The notes below the pieces were generated by a model. The model was not told where the DNA came from. It saw nothing but the letters and a program-made list of their open reading frames with translations, and did not search any database. 64,000 bases of DNA from Thermoanaerobaculia bacterium (lineage in GTDB: Bacteria; Acidobacteriota; Thermoanaerobaculia; Multivoradales; Multivoraceae): NCBI GenBank assembly GCA_963664405.1, contig OY761158.1, positions 704,001 through 768,000 on the forward strand, written 5' to 3'. Shown here piece after piece: positions 9,380 through 19,806 of this stretch (the stretch's first letter is position 1; every line of letters begins with the position of its first letter). The position numbers and the translations under genes are program-made.

Positions 9380-10128
9380 CAATCCGGCCCCTCATAAGCA
9401 ATAACCACAGCAGCCTCCTTCCCCGACTCGGCAACGGTAAGGTTGAGAGTGTGCTCCTCAGTGCGGCCGCTGATCGTCGTGAACGAACCTCCGCCTCCCT
9501 CATGAGTGTTACGGCTCGCCTCGAGATTCAGATCCTCCATCAGCTCTTCGTAGAAGGTCAGAACCTCGGCACCGTCGCCCTCGACCTTGAAGGTGAAAGT
9601 GCCGCTCCTGCGCTCATTCGTGACACTGGAGAAGCCCGCATGGTCGGTGACCGGTCCCGGAAACGGGGGAAGCCAGGAAGGCAGCTCGACCGCGTCACCG
9701 GTGGCACCGAAGGTCGTCTTCTTGCCATCGCGCGACGTCATCTGGACCAGAGCCTCGCTACCGTCTAAGGCGTTGGAAGCGTCGATAGAAAGGACCTCTC
9801 CGTCTTCCCCTTCGAACGAAAAGCGGCCCTCCTGTATGTCTTCGTAGTTGAAAGTGGTGACTTTCCCAGTGGACTTCTCACGCACGGTGATCGTGCCGGC
9901 TTCGCGATCGCTGTCGATCGTCTCGAGCTCAGGATTGAGCCTGACGAAAGTCTCAGCAGCGACCGCAGCCGGGTTGTCACGAACCTCTTCGATGACGTCC
10001 TTGGCCTTTCGAGCGAGGAACAAGCCGCCAACGGCCACGACTCCCATAACGAGTACAAGCAAGACTCCGCAGCCAATTCCCACCCAGGCCAGCGGATGTA
10101 GTTTCTTCTTCGTCGATGTGTCTTCCAT
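9379..10128 (-). CDS. Membrane-anchored hypothetical protein
   Basis: N-terminal TM helix (WVGIGCGVLLVL) followed by a soluble domain. Confidence 0.75.
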   Translation of the reverse strand: MEDTSTKKKLHPLAWVGIGCGVLLVLVMGVVAVGGLFLARKAKDVIEEVRDNPAAVAAETFVRLNPELETIDSDREAGTITVREKSTGKVTTFNYEDIQEGRFSFEGEDGEVLSIDASNALDGSEALVQMTSRDGKKTTFGATGDAVELPSWLPPFPGPVTDHAGFSSVTNERRSGTFTFKVEGDGAEVLTFYEELMEDLNLEASRNTHEGGGGSFTTISGRTEEHTLNLTVAESGKEAAVVIAYEGPD

Positions 10129-10157
10129 TTCGCAGCCCCCTTTGTTGTTCAGGCATC

Positions 10158-10727
10158 TTAGCGTTGCTTAGTTCCCACGACCTCCCGTGCCTTCTTCGCC
10201 ATCCGCAACAAACTCCCCTCTCCAGACACCTTCTCCAGTTCCCGCAATGCGAACCAGCGCAAGTCCTTGGACTCAGCGCTGATCCTTAGTGGCTCGCCAG
10301 AGTCGGCAGTGAAGAGATAACGAAGGTCGTGGTGAAGGTGGGCCGGCTCACCCCGGTAGGGCGGGATGAGATGAACATCGACATCGAATGGAAGTAAGTC
10401 CACCCCGCTTGGAAACGGCTCGAGAGATGACAACCCTGACTCCTCCTCGGCCTCTCGACGCGCCACCCGTGCCGGATCGGGATCACCATCGGCATGGCCA
10501 CCGAGCTGGAGCCAAGTCTCAAGTTTGCGATGATGGGTGAGTAAGACCTGGCGATAGTCCCGTGATGTGATCCAGGCCGAGGCGGTGATGTGTCCCTCGG
10601 TGCAGCTGCGCTCGAAGCACTTCGAGTGCGTCCGGACGAACTGCCGGATGTGATCTGCCCGAACACGATCCTCGGGGAACCTCTCGAGGTAGACCTCAAG
10701 AATGGCTAGAAGCGGCTCCCGATGCAC
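10158..10727 (-). CDS. NUDIX hydrolase
   Basis: GGHADG...ARREAEEESGL Nudix box. Confidence 0.9.
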   Translation of the reverse strand: MHREPLLAILEVYLERFPEDRVRADHIRQFVRTHSKCFERSCTEGHITASAWITSRDYRQVLLTHHRKLETWLQLGGHADGDPDPARVARREAEEESGLSSLEPFPSGVDLLPFDVDVHLIPPYRGEPAHLHHDLRYLFTADSGEPLRISAESKDLRWFALRELEKVSGEGSLLRMAKKAREVVGTKQR

Positions 10728-10739
10728 CAGCTCGGTCCC

Positions 10740-11594
10740 TCAGCAGTCGTAGTACTCGTCGCCGGCGGCGCGCCAGTCGATTGTCGCTAGGACCAGCACT
10801 GGAGTGAGGATGAGCAAGACTCCCGTCACCGCCAGCACTGCCGAGAGCAGGCGACGCTTGCCTCTCTCCCGCCCCGCTGCCAAGGCCACCGCACTACCTA
10901 GAGGACTGATGGCCAGCGCCAGCGCCCGGAGAGCTGTCAGCTCAGCGTAATAGGCGCCATTGAGAAGAAAAGCAGCGAGCAGGACTACCAGTACCGGCAA
11001 AGCCACAAGCCGAGGCGTCGCGTCCGCGGAGCCCGAGAAAGCGAGCAACACCAGAAGGGCGCTTACCAGAGCAAAGCTCAACTGCGCGAAAAGGGCCGTG
11101 CCGGAAAGACCCAGAACGACACCGGTCCCGGCAACCGCCGTGATCCAACCCAGCAACGACGAGCTCGAGTCCAGACGCGAGGCCACGCGGGCGCAGCCTT
11201 CCCACAACAGCAGAAGAAGTGCCCCGAGGCTGCCGAGCCAGAGCACAGCCTCCACAGGCTCCCACTGGTAGCGGACAACCGGGCGCAGCGTCAGCCAGAG
11301 AAGCAACGCGACCGAGATCGCCCGTGTCGCCATCCGCTGTGCCAAACCGGCTCCGGCCCGTAGGCCGAGGCTGCCGAGCACGATAGCGAACAAAACGACG
11401 AATACGAGCGCTTGCGTGCTGTCGACTGGAGGGAGTCGTGGCGGCCCGTGGATCCCTAGCTGTGCGGCAAGGTAGGCGCAGCCGACGGCAAAGAGGGCAG
11501 CGCCACCGCCAACTTCCCTACTCGGCGACAGCCTGCGCAGGGCAAAGACGATCGCGCCGCACACCCCCGCGGGCACCAAGACCGTCCAGACCAA
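10740..11594 (-). CDS. Integral membrane hypothetical protein
   Basis: About 9 hydrophobic segments; start codon uncertain. Confidence 0.7.
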   Translation of the reverse strand: MVWTVLVPAGVCGAIVFALRRLSPSREVGGGAALFAVGCAYLAAQLGIHGPPRLPPVDSTQALVFVVLFAIVLGSLGLRAGAGLAQRMATRAISVALLLWLTLRPVVRYQWEPVEAVLWLGSLGALLLLLWEGCARVASRLDSSSSLLGWITAVAGTGVVLGLSGTALFAQLSFALVSALLVLLAFSGSADATPRLVALPVLVVLLAAFLLNGAYYAELTALRALALAISPLGSAVALAAGRERGKRRLLSAVLAVTGVLLILTPVLVLATIDWRAAGDEYYDC

Positions 11595-11632
11595 GAGCTG
11601 TGCGAGCAGCGACCTACTCCGCGGCCCGCCCG

Positions 11633-12229
11633 CTACTGCTCGATCGCTTGGATCGCCAGGTGGATGTCGATGTCCTCGCTGAGGGGCCCCGACATGAACT
11701 TCATCCCGAAATCGCTTCGCTGAATGACGAAGGTGGTGTCGAATCCGACCATCGTTTTTCCGCTCCGCCGATCTTTGCCGGTACCCACGTGCTCGACCTC
11801 GGCGATGACCTCCTTGGTTACACCCAGGAGAGTCAGATCACCACGTACTTCGTACACATTGCCGCCCTTCCCCTTTAGGCTCGTGGTGGAGAAAGACATC
11901 ACCGGAAGCTGCTTCGCATTGAAGAAGTCCGGACTGCGCAAGTGTGTATCGCGGCGTTCGTTTCCGCTGTCGACACTTTCGGTCCGGACCTCTAACGCCA
12001 GTGACCCGGAGCTGATGTCGTCGCCCGACATCGTCAAAGTGCCGGAGAAGTCGTTGAAACGGCCGTAAACGTAGACGACCCCCATCCTCTTGGCACGAAA
12101 CATGACAAAGGAGTGGGCCTGATCCACTTTGTAGGTCTCGGCAACAGAGGCGCTGGCAAGAAGGGCCCAGCCCAAAAGCAGCGAAAGAATCACAACAACC
12201 CGGTGCATTCTCGGCGAGCTCTTCTTCAT
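11633..12229 (-). CDS. YceI family lipid/polyisoprenoid-binding protein
   Basis: YKVDQAHS, GRF, RDTHLRSPDFF, GDLTLLGVTK, RSDFG; signal peptide. Confidence 0.9.
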   Translation of the reverse strand: MKKSSPRMHRVVVILSLLLGWALLASASVAETYKVDQAHSFVMFRAKRMGVVYVYGRFNDFSGTLTMSGDDISSGSLALEVRTESVDSGNERRDTHLRSPDFFNAKQLPVMSFSTTSLKGKGGNVYEVRGDLTLLGVTKEVIAEVEHVGTGKDRRSGKTMVGFDTTFVIQRSDFGMKFMSGPLSEDIDIHLAIQAIEQ

Positions 12230-12263
12230 CTCATTGCTCCTCTCATTCAGCGATAGACGCGCA

Positions 12264-13262
12264 TTATTCCACGCGCGGTGAGAATTCATCTCGCGCCGCT
12301 CCATCTCCGCCCGGGTCGAGCGCCGCGGCATCAGCGACAGCCGGTTCAACAGGCCCTAGCGCTGAGCCCAGCCCTCGCCAGTGGCGCATCCTCGCCATGA
12401 TGAGCAGAAAGACCATCCCTGTTGCAGCTCCGGTGGCAGCCATCATCACCGGCGGCATGCCTTCCATGCGCACCAGGGCCGGAGTATTCAGCACCGATTC
12501 GGGAAAAGAGACAGCCAAGGCGCCATAGAGGTTATTGGCCGTATGAGCCCCGATCGCGATCTCGAGGCCGTCGTCAAAGAGGGTGACAGCTCCGAGAACG
12601 AGGCCGACCCATACGTAGTAGAGGATGAATGCCGGGCCGAATTGCTCGACTTCCGGGTTGGCACCGTGAACGATCCCAAAACCGACTGAGGTCAACAAGA
12701 GAGCGGCCCAGCCACGCCGCAAGCCGATCCCGAGTCCCTGCAGAAGGTAAGCGCGAAAGAAAACCTCCTCAGCAGCGCACTGTAGCGGCACCAACAAAAG
12801 GGCGACGACAAGAAGCGGAAAGAAGCTGCGGGCTTCGAAGCTCCAGCTGTAGTGCTCGGGCGCAGCGAAATAGAAAGACAGCTCGAAGACGGCGGCCAGC
12901 CCTCCCCAGAGCAGCGCGGCCACAGCGGCCCGACGCCAGCGCAGCGGACCCTCCCGCACCAGCGTAGTGATGGGTCGGCCGTGTACAACACGGACGACAG
13001 CCGCGACGGCAAGCAGAAGAACCACGGACGGGGAAAGAGCCACCGCGAGGGCGAGCGTGGGGTCAATCGAGCTGAGATCGAGAGCGCCGTCAGCCGGACA
13101 GCCGGCCAAGAGGAACAAGACGAGCCCGGCGACTCCCGAAGCGACGACGTAGGCGGAAACGATGAGAAACGTGCCGACGAGATAAGAGCGGAAACTACTC
13201 CTGCCGCGCCTCGCCGCCCGAAGAAACGAAGGTTGCTGTCCGAGCCCACCGAGTTGGGACAT
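12264..13262 (-). CDS. CPBP (Abi/CAAX) intramembrane metalloprotease
   Basis: EEVFFR, FGIVH, AHTANN motifs; multiple TMs. Confidence 0.88.
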   Translation of the reverse strand: MSQLGGLGQQPSFLRAARRGRSSFRSYLVGTFLIVSAYVVASGVAGLVLFLLAGCPADGALDLSSIDPTLALAVALSPSVVLLLAVAAVVRVVHGRPITTLVREGPLRWRRAAVAALLWGGLAAVFELSFYFAAPEHYSWSFEARSFFPLLVVALLLVPLQCAAEEVFFRAYLLQGLGIGLRRGWAALLLTSVGFGIVHGANPEVEQFGPAFILYYVWVGLVLGAVTLFDDGLEIAIGAHTANNLYGALAVSFPESVLNTPALVRMEGMPPVMMAATGAATGMVFLLIMARMRHWRGLGSALGPVEPAVADAAALDPGGDGAARDEFSPRVE

Positions 13263-13313
13263 AATCAGACCTGTCCCCCCATGCGAGTCGCCGACCGGCG
13301 CGGAGCGAGAGCG

Positions 13314-14159
13314 ATGGGATCCCCCGAAGTCTCTATCGTCATTCCCGTCTTCAACGAGGAAGAAAGTCTACCCCGTCTGGTCGAGGAGATTCAGTCGGTG
13401 ATGAGCGACGCCCCTTGGGCGTGGGAGCTTCTGTTTGTCGACGACGGCAGCACCGACGGTAGTCGCCAACGGCTGATCGAGCTCGCCGGCGCCGAAGAGC
13501 ACATCCGTATCGCCGCGCTGGCAGCGAACAAGGGGCAGTCCTGCGCCTTGGCGGCCGGATTTCGCCTCTGCCGTGGCGAGTTGGTCATCACTCTCGATGC
13601 CGACCTGCAAAACGACCCGGCGGACATTCCTTTATTGCTGGCTTCGCTCGAGAACCTCGCAGCCGTGTCCGGCGTACGGCAACGGCGCCAAGACACCTGG
13701 ATCCGGCGCTGCTCCTCCCGCATCGCCAACGGCGTGCGCCGAGCCGTCCTCCACGACGACATCACCGATGTCGGCTGCTCTCTCAAGGCCTATCGCATCG
13801 AGTACCTTCGGAAAGTCCCTGTCTTCAACGGCTTTCACCGCTTCCTCCCCGCCTTGGTGCAAATGGCGGGCGGCGAAGTGGGAGAGGTCGAAGTCGGGCA
13901 CCGTGCGCGAGTATTCGGAGCCAGCAAATACGGTGTACACAACCGACTGTGGCGAGGCATCGCCGATCTTCTCGCGGTGCATTGGATGGGACGGCGATGG
14001 ATAGAGATCGAGAACGTTCAAGAGCTTCCGCTTAGATCGGAAGAGCTCCCACGTAACGAGCCCGGGGACGGATCAGGCGAGCGCGCCCATAACATCGATG
14101 ACGTGACCGACCCAGCCGACCGTACGGCCGAGCGCAAAGAGAGTATGGAGGACAGATAG
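13314..14159 (+). CDS. GT2 polyprenol-phosphate glycosyltransferase (DPM1/ArnC-like)
   Basis: SIVIPVFNEE, VDDGSTD, DADLQNDP, HRFLP. Confidence 0.9.
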   Translation: MGSPEVSIVIPVFNEEESLPRLVEEIQSVMSDAPWAWELLFVDDGSTDGSRQRLIELAGAEEHIRIAALAANKGQSCALAAGFRLCRGELVITLDADLQNDPADIPLLLASLENLAAVSGVRQRRQDTWIRRCSSRIANGVRRAVLHDDITDVGCSLKAYRIEYLRKVPVFNGFHRFLPALVQMAGGEVGEVEVGHRARVFGASKYGVHNRLWRGIADLLAVHWMGRRWIEIENVQELPLRSEELPRNEPGDGSGERAHNIDDVTDPADRTAERKESMEDR

Positions 14160-14208
14160 CCGCTCCAGACTTGACTCATACGTGACGAATACGAGCTATT
14201 GGAAATAC

Positions 14209-14720
14209 CTAGGCATCGCCGTAGTGGAGCTCCATCCTTGTTACCCGCCAGCCGGCAAAGACAAGGACTGCGGCAGATAACAGCAGGAGTCCGAAGAGAG
14301 AAGTCCAGGCTCCCGGTAGCTCGACGAGCACGGCGAAGGGGCCCTCGCCGAGAGGGAAGGGAAGCAAGCCCTTGAGGTAGTGAATGACGCTCAATCGCTT
14401 CAGTTGGGGCGGCAAGAGAAAGTGAATGACCTCCCAGCCCATCACGGCGAAAGCCGGCAGCAGGAGAGTGAGCCAGGCCGTCAGTGCCGATACACCAGCC
14501 ACACTCGGCACGCCAAAGAGCTGGTCTCAGACCGCATCGCGGAGCGAGTCCAGACTGAGAACGTTCCCGATCTCGGTTCGGTAGAGGAGATTCAATGCCT
14601 CCCCCATCCCAGAGAGAACCAGGACCACCCCGAGGAAGAGAATCCGCGCCAGCGGCTTCCATTTGACCCAAGCCGAGAGCAGCAACGCGAGAAAGGAGAG
14701 GACCAGCATCCACGCGCCCT
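14209..14720 (-). pseudogene. Fused fragments of ABC-2 type permease gene(s)
   Basis: Two short out-of-frame hydrophobic ORFs (14527-14709 and 14209-14511) resembling internal and C-terminal permease segments; no N-terminus. Confidence 0.55.
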
Positions 14721-14781
14721 CACCGGTCTCCTCTATATACGACGTCGAGGAGCGATTGTGATTAACGCAGGCAAGAAATGG

Positions 14782-15666
14782 TCAGCGCCGGCTCTCCCAC
14801 CAGCTGCGGACCGTGGTCGCGCCGAGGACGAGCGCGCCGCCGAGGACCGCAAAGGTGCCGGGCCGCTCATGATGAATCCACCAAACGAGGAGAACACTGA
14901 GCACCGGTTCGAGAAGGATGAAGAGAGAGGCCTCGAGGGCGCGCACACGCCGGAGAGCCGCAGTGAGAAAAACGTAGCCAAGAGCGATCTGAAAGATGCC
15001 GAGAAACAACACGATCGCCCAGTCTTGCCCGGTCGAGTCCCGAACTGGAATGGCAAGCGGAAAAGCCACCCCAAAAGCCAGGAAGTTCCCGCAAACGACT
15101 GCGGCGGCAGAGGCGCCGACCGGATCGGGATCGGTGAGCTGAATGTGGCGCAAGCCCATCAGAGTGAGCGCCCAGGTGAGGCCGGAGATCGCGGCGAGAA
15201 TGTTGCCGGAGGCCGGGTCCGGGGCGGTCTCGAAGGGAGTGTCCAGTCCGACGAAGAAGGCCGCCGTGCCTGCCGCGAGGACAGCCATGAAGACCAGATC
15301 GGAGCGGTGAGGCCTCTCACGAAGAAAGCGTGGCCCCAGCAGCAGAATATAGAGAGGTGCGCTGGATTGAAGAAGGATGGCGTTGGCCGCGGTCGTCAGC
15401 TTGTTGGCATGCACGAAGAGCAGAAGCGTCGCAGCCTGGGCTGCTCCCACCGCCACCAGCTTGAGCGTCCAGGGTCGGCGCGCTCTCGGCACCATCGCCA
15501 ACAGCGCCAAAGCGCCGACCAAGGATCGCGAGCTCCCCACTTGCCAGCTCGAGAGCTCGGTCGCCTTGATCGCGGCTCCGCCGGTCGAGAAGAGCACCGC
15601 GCCGGCGATGAGGAGGAGATAAGCGGCCCCTGGAGAAGAGAGGCGACGTCTCAGCCGGTGAGGCAA
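14782..15666 (-). CDS. EamA/DMT family transporter
   Basis: About 10 TMs, ANAILLQSSAP, LLEPV motifs. Confidence 0.88.
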   Translation of the reverse strand: MPHRLRRRLSSPGAAYLLLIAGAVLFSTGGAAIKATELSSWQVGSSRSLVGALALLAMVPRARRPWTLKLVAVGAAQAATLLLFVHANKLTTAANAILLQSSAPLYILLLGPRFLRERPHRSDLVFMAVLAAGTAAFFVGLDTPFETAPDPASGNILAAISGLTWALTLMGLRHIQLTDPDPVGASAAAVVCGNFLAFGVAFPLAIPVRDSTGQDWAIVLFLGIFQIALGYVFLTAALRRVRALEASLFILLEPVLSVLLVWWIHHERPGTFAVLGGALVLGATTVRSWWESRR

Positions 15667-15760
15667 GATTCGCCGATCTTAGCCCAGGGCGAAAGGAGGC
15701 GCCTTCTGGGGGCTATAAATGGCAAAATGGGCCGGCCACATGAAGATCGAGAAGACAATC

Positions 15761-17311
15761 ATGAGAGCGAAGCTGCGCGCCCTGATCATCACCTGCCTCG
15801 TGTTGCTCGGAGTGGGACTCCCAGCCATCGCTCGAGCAGAGCTCAAGACCTCGCCTCTTCTGCCTCGTATCGTCAACGGGGTGTCGACGCCGGACTACCC
15901 TACTGCCGCGGCGATTCTCGAGGGCACCTCTAGTGTCCAGTTCTGTAGCGGCGTGCTGGTCGGCTGTCAGACCGTGCTCACTGCCGCCCACTGCGTGTGC
16001 CAACAAGGCGGAGCTGAATGCCAGCCGGGGGGGGCCGCCCTGTCGGACCCCGAAGACGTCAACGTCTTCCTCCCCCACGCAGGTTTCTTCTCAGTTGCAG
16101 ACATTCAGATTCCCGCCGGTTTCGAGTTCGGAGTGCGGGAAGATGTCGCGATGTTGAAGCTGGCCGAACCGGTGACCGGCATTACACCCTCCCGACTCAA
16201 CTCCATCGCCCCCCTGGGCATCGGCGAGAGCGCCGACATCGTCGGCTTCGGGCTCGCCACCGAAGCCCCCTTCGACAATGGGATCAAGCGGGCCGGAGCC
16301 ATCGAAACGAGCTCGTGTACGGTGGTCGGTGCCGACCAGTACATCTGCTGGGAGTTTGACGCCCCTCTCGGAGAGCCAGGCGCAGACACCAACACCTGTT
16401 TTGGTGACTCAGGCGGGCCGCTATTCGACGACTTCGGTAGCGGTGAGGTGGTCGCCGGTCTTGGATCCGGAGGGGTTCGAGCGGACTGCCAACCCGACGA
16501 TCAACCCTTCGATCTCGATATCTTTGCGAATCTCGACTGGATCCTCGCCAATGGCGGCCCCGATCTCGCCGCCGGCCAATGTGGCTCCCTTCCGCCGGTG
16601 GATGGCCCCGCAGCTCTGGCGATCAACGAAAACGGCAACCTCGATTCCGACGAGCTCGATCGGACTTTCGAAGTGCCAGCGGGCACCCACTCCCTTCGCG
16701 TCGGCCTCAACGGCGAAGAGGGCCTACTCTTTAATGACTTCGACCTGACGGTCTCCCAAGGAGCGCCTCCTCCTAGCGGACCCGCCGCGTGCACTTCGAC
16801 CAAGTTCGGGACTTTCGAGTTCTGCGAGATCGACGAACCGGCGGCCGGGACCTGGAACGCGAGGGTCACCAATCTCAACGGCGAAGGGGAATACCAGCTC
16901 ACGATCACGATGCTTCGAGCCATCGACCTGGGACCCTGCATTCCCGACCTGACGACTCTCTGTATCGACGATGAGGAGGGAGACGGGCGCTTCGAGGTAA
17001 CCATCTCCTGGGATACTTCCCAGGCCGGCGGTCAAGCAGGTCAAGGCCGAGTGATCGAGCTCGCCCCGGTCGGCATCGACTTCGGGGGTGCCTTCTGGTT
17101 CTTCGACGAGCGCAACCCGGAGGTCCTGCTCAAGGTGCTCAACGCTTGCTCGGTCAACGGCAATTACTGGGTCTTCTGGTCAGCCGGCACCAACGTCCGA
17201 CTGGTGGTTACCGTCCTCGACCGCAAGACCGGCGAGCAAAGGGTCTACTTCAACCCGGACCGCAATCCGGCCGCGCCGGTGACCGACACCAGCGCCTTCC
17301 TCTGTATCTAG
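15761..17311 (+). CDS. Secreted trypsin-like S1 protease with PPC domain and extra C-terminal domain
   Basis: RIVNG activation site, LTAAHC, DVAML, GDSGGP. Confidence 0.9.
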   Translation: MRAKLRALIITCLVLLGVGLPAIARAELKTSPLLPRIVNGVSTPDYPTAAAILEGTSSVQFCSGVLVGCQTVLTAAHCVCQQGGAECQPGGAALSDPEDVNVFLPHAGFFSVADIQIPAGFEFGVREDVAMLKLAEPVTGITPSRLNSIAPLGIGESADIVGFGLATEAPFDNGIKRAGAIETSSCTVVGADQYICWEFDAPLGEPGADTNTCFGDSGGPLFDDFGSGEVVAGLGSGGVRADCQPDDQPFDLDIFANLDWILANGGPDLAAGQCGSLPPVDGPAALAINENGNLDSDELDRTFEVPAGTHSLRVGLNGEEGLLFNDFDLTVSQGAPPPSGPAACTSTKFGTFEFCEIDEPAAGTWNARVTNLNGEGEYQLTITMLRAIDLGPCIPDLTTLCIDDEEGDGRFEVTISWDTSQAGGQAGQGRVIELAPVGIDFGGAFWFFDERNPEVLLKVLNACSVNGNYWVFWSAGTNVRLVVTVLDRKTGEQRVYFNPDRNPAAPVTDTSAFLCI

Positions 17312-17472
17312 TGCCGTGTCTCCGACATGGCTTACAAGATCTCGGCCCCTTTTGCCCGCTGCCGTCGTCACGACTCGTCGACATATTCCCAATATGCCTG
17401 CCTCGTCGCTCCTTGACAGCGAACAAAATGACCTCGAGCTCTTGGCAAGCCATGTCGGAGACACGACACTAG
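17308..17472. repeat. MITE/REP-like hairpin element; inverted near-copy of 24778-24943
   Basis: Terminal IR ctagtgccgtgtctccgacatggctt / aagccatgtcggagacacgacactag; the left CTAG contains the protease stop codon. Confidence 0.92.
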
Positions 17473-17491
17473 CGCCGTCGGTCCGACCCGT

Positions 17492-18091
17492 TCACCGAGT
17501 CCTGCGGGACCGTTGTCTGTCCGAGACGGCTACCTCGCTGAAGTGAACCCGTGGATCCTCGTCGCCGACGACATCCGCGTAGAAGGTTCGAACGTTGACG
17601 CCGTCGAGCGAGAAATGGATCGTACGTGCCGCCTTGATCAGATGATCGCGTTGGATCTCTTGTAGCGAGCTCCCCGCGAGTCGACGGGTTACTCGACCGA
17701 CGAGCTCCACCTTACCGGCCCTGTATCCGCCACAATCCTCATGCGCGATGCAGAGCACATCACGCACCCCGGTGAGCTCGACCGCCTTGGCGACCAGACG
17801 CCCCGCGGCCTTGGAAAGAAAACCGATCGCCGCGACCATGGAGTGCATGATCGCGACCCCGCCAGGTAGCGAAAGGACGTGCGGCTGCTCGTATCCGAGA
17901 CTGTGAACGAACTCTAGAGCCTGCCGCCGGAAGCGATGATCGGAGCACATCACCACCAGGCAGTCGGCCTCACCGCTCTCCATCGGGATGGTGCTGGTGA
18001 AGCCTGCCTCCGCTGAGAGTGCCCCGACCGCGGAATCGAGTGGCGCAGCGGCGGCCGGTGGCGTTGGAACCGCATCCATCGAATCACTCAT
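17492..18091 (-). CDS. Beta-carbonic anhydrase-like protein
   Basis: CSDHR (CxDxR) and HEDCG (HxxC) zinc-ligand motifs; start overlaps the flotillin stop. Confidence 0.7.
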   Translation of the reverse strand: MSDSMDAVPTPPAAAAPLDSAVGALSAEAGFTSTIPMESGEADCLVVMCSDHRFRRQALEFVHSLGYEQPHVLSLPGGVAIMHSMVAAIGFLSKAAGRLVAKAVELTGVRDVLCIAHEDCGGYRAGKVELVGRVTRRLAGSSLQEIQRDHLIKAARTIHFSLDGVNVRTFYADVVGDEDPRVHFSEVAVSDRQRSRRTR

Positions 18092-19766
18092 AGGTCTCTT
18101 CCGCGCCGGTCGCCTGGACCACCTCATCGTCCCGCTCCGTTAGCGCCCCGCCGACAAGACCGCTGAGATCGATTCCCGCCTTCTCGAGCAATTCGTCGAC
18201 ATCGATGCCCAAAGCGCCCAATTTTTGCAAGAAGCCGAAGGCGACTTCGGGCATCGAGCCGGCGAAGCGAGCGATCGGCGTCGAGGAGTCATTTCCGTTG
18301 CCACCCAGATCCACGATCCGTACCTCGTCGATCTTGGAGAGCCCCATACCAAGGTTCTCGAACACGGCTGCTGCGATCTTTTCGCCGGCCTCACCCGCGT
18401 GCTCGATAATGCCAGGCAGCAGCTCCAGGGTGATAACAGCTCTGGCACCGGCCGAGAGTGAAGCGAGTGCCGCATTCTTCTCCTCGAGGCCTTTAGCCTC
18501 TGCGTGGAGTAGAGCGAGCTTGGCGGCTCCCTCCGCCTCACCCTGGGCCTTGGTGCCCTCGGCCTGCGCCAGCAGCATTGCTCGCTGACCTTCAGCTTCA
18601 GCCTGCTTTTCACGCTCGAGCGCCGCGGCAGCCGCCTTGCGCCCCTCCGCCTCGGCCGTCAGCTTGGCCTGCTCACCCTGCCCTGCCTTCTCCGCAAGGA
18701 TCCGTCGGGCCTCTCCTTCCAACTGGGCCGCCTCCTGCTCCGCGTTGGCGCGAATGATCCGCGCTTCCTTTTCTCGCTCCGCGCTGACGATGACCGACGC
18801 TCTAAGCTCGGCATCTTTGCGCTCCCTCTCTTTCTCCTGGAGCCGGGTCCGCGCTTCGACCTCAGCCTCTTCCGCTGCGACTTCGGCCACCTTGTAGGCC
18901 TTGCTCTCCTGGGCGCGGGCCGTCTCTGCACGGACCTCGATGCGTGCCTGCTCCGCCTGCACACTGGCGTCGTTCTCGGCAATTCGCACGTCCCGCGCGC
19001 GATTCGCGTCGGAGATCGCCTGCTGCGCCACCGCCTGGGCCGTTTCTCCCTCTCGACGAGCATCCGCCGACCGAACTGAAGCATCGCGGTGAGCTTCTGC
19101 TTCGGCGATCTCGGCGTCCCGCTTCACCTCGGCGGTACGCTTCTTTCCGAGCGCATCGATATACCCCTCGTTGTCGGTGATCCTCTGCACCACGAAGTTG
19201 TCGAGCTGGAAACCGAGCTTGTTGAGCTCACCGCGGGCGACGTCGAGCACCTGCTGCGAGATCTTCTCCCGATCGGTCACGATGTCCTCAACCGTCAAGG
19301 TACCAACGATCTGGCGTAGCTGACCCTCGAGAGTGGTCTCACAGATCTGGTGCACCTGGTCCGTGCCCATCTCCAGTAAGCGCTCGACGGCAGCGGAGAG
19401 AAGCTCCGGGTCGCTGGACACCTTCATGTTCGCCAGGGCGTCGACCGTGACCAGAACACCGTCGACGTTGGGAGTCTCGGAGACACTGAACGGTACTTGG
19501 AATGTGTTCAGCACGATCCTCTGCACCCGTTCGAGAACGGGCATCACAAAGGTCGCGCCACCGATGATCAGGCGATAACCGCGCTCGATGCGCGACTTGT
19601 CCCCTGTCGTCGGGTCGATGATCTCGATCATGCGCTTGCGACCGTAGACGACAAGCACCTCGTTTGGAGCACACCTCTTGTAACGCCTCGAGAAGAGAGC
19701 CACCAAACTCACTACGGCAAGCGCCAATCCGACGATCACGACAGGAATCAATAATCCAGAAAACAT
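18084..19766 (-). CDS. Flotillin/SPFH domain protein
   Basis: N-terminal TM, SPFH (LEGQLRQIVGTLTVE), YIDALG, long EA-rich coiled coil. Confidence 0.92.
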   Translation of the reverse strand: MFSGLLIPVVIVGLALAVVSLVALFSRRYKRCAPNEVLVVYGRKRMIEIIDPTTGDKSRIERGYRLIIGGATFVMPVLERVQRIVLNTFQVPFSVSETPNVDGVLVTVDALANMKVSSDPELLSAAVERLLEMGTDQVHQICETTLEGQLRQIVGTLTVEDIVTDREKISQQVLDVARGELNKLGFQLDNFVVQRITDNEGYIDALGKKRTAEVKRDAEIAEAEAHRDASVRSADARREGETAQAVAQQAISDANRARDVRIAENDASVQAEQARIEVRAETARAQESKAYKVAEVAAEEAEVEARTRLQEKERERKDAELRASVIVSAEREKEARIIRANAEQEAAQLEGEARRILAEKAGQGEQAKLTAEAEGRKAAAAALEREKQAEAEGQRAMLLAQAEGTKAQGEAEGAAKLALLHAEAKGLEEKNAALASLSAGARAVITLELLPGIIEHAGEAGEKIAAAVFENLGMGLSKIDEVRIVDLGGNGNDSSTPIARFAGSMPEVAFGFLQKLGALGIDVDELLEKAGIDLSGLVGGALTERDDEVVQATGAEETYE

Positions 19767-19806
19767 GCTTCCTCCTCTCTCTACCCGTCGATCGCCGCGC
19801 TTCTCG

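Noticed and set aside
14380-15933. 517-aa plus-strand ORF and other long antisense ORFs (e.g. 24958-26004, 21349-22575, 57082-58254)
   Set aside because: Shadow frames of clearly recognisable genes on the opposite strand, common in high-GC DNA.
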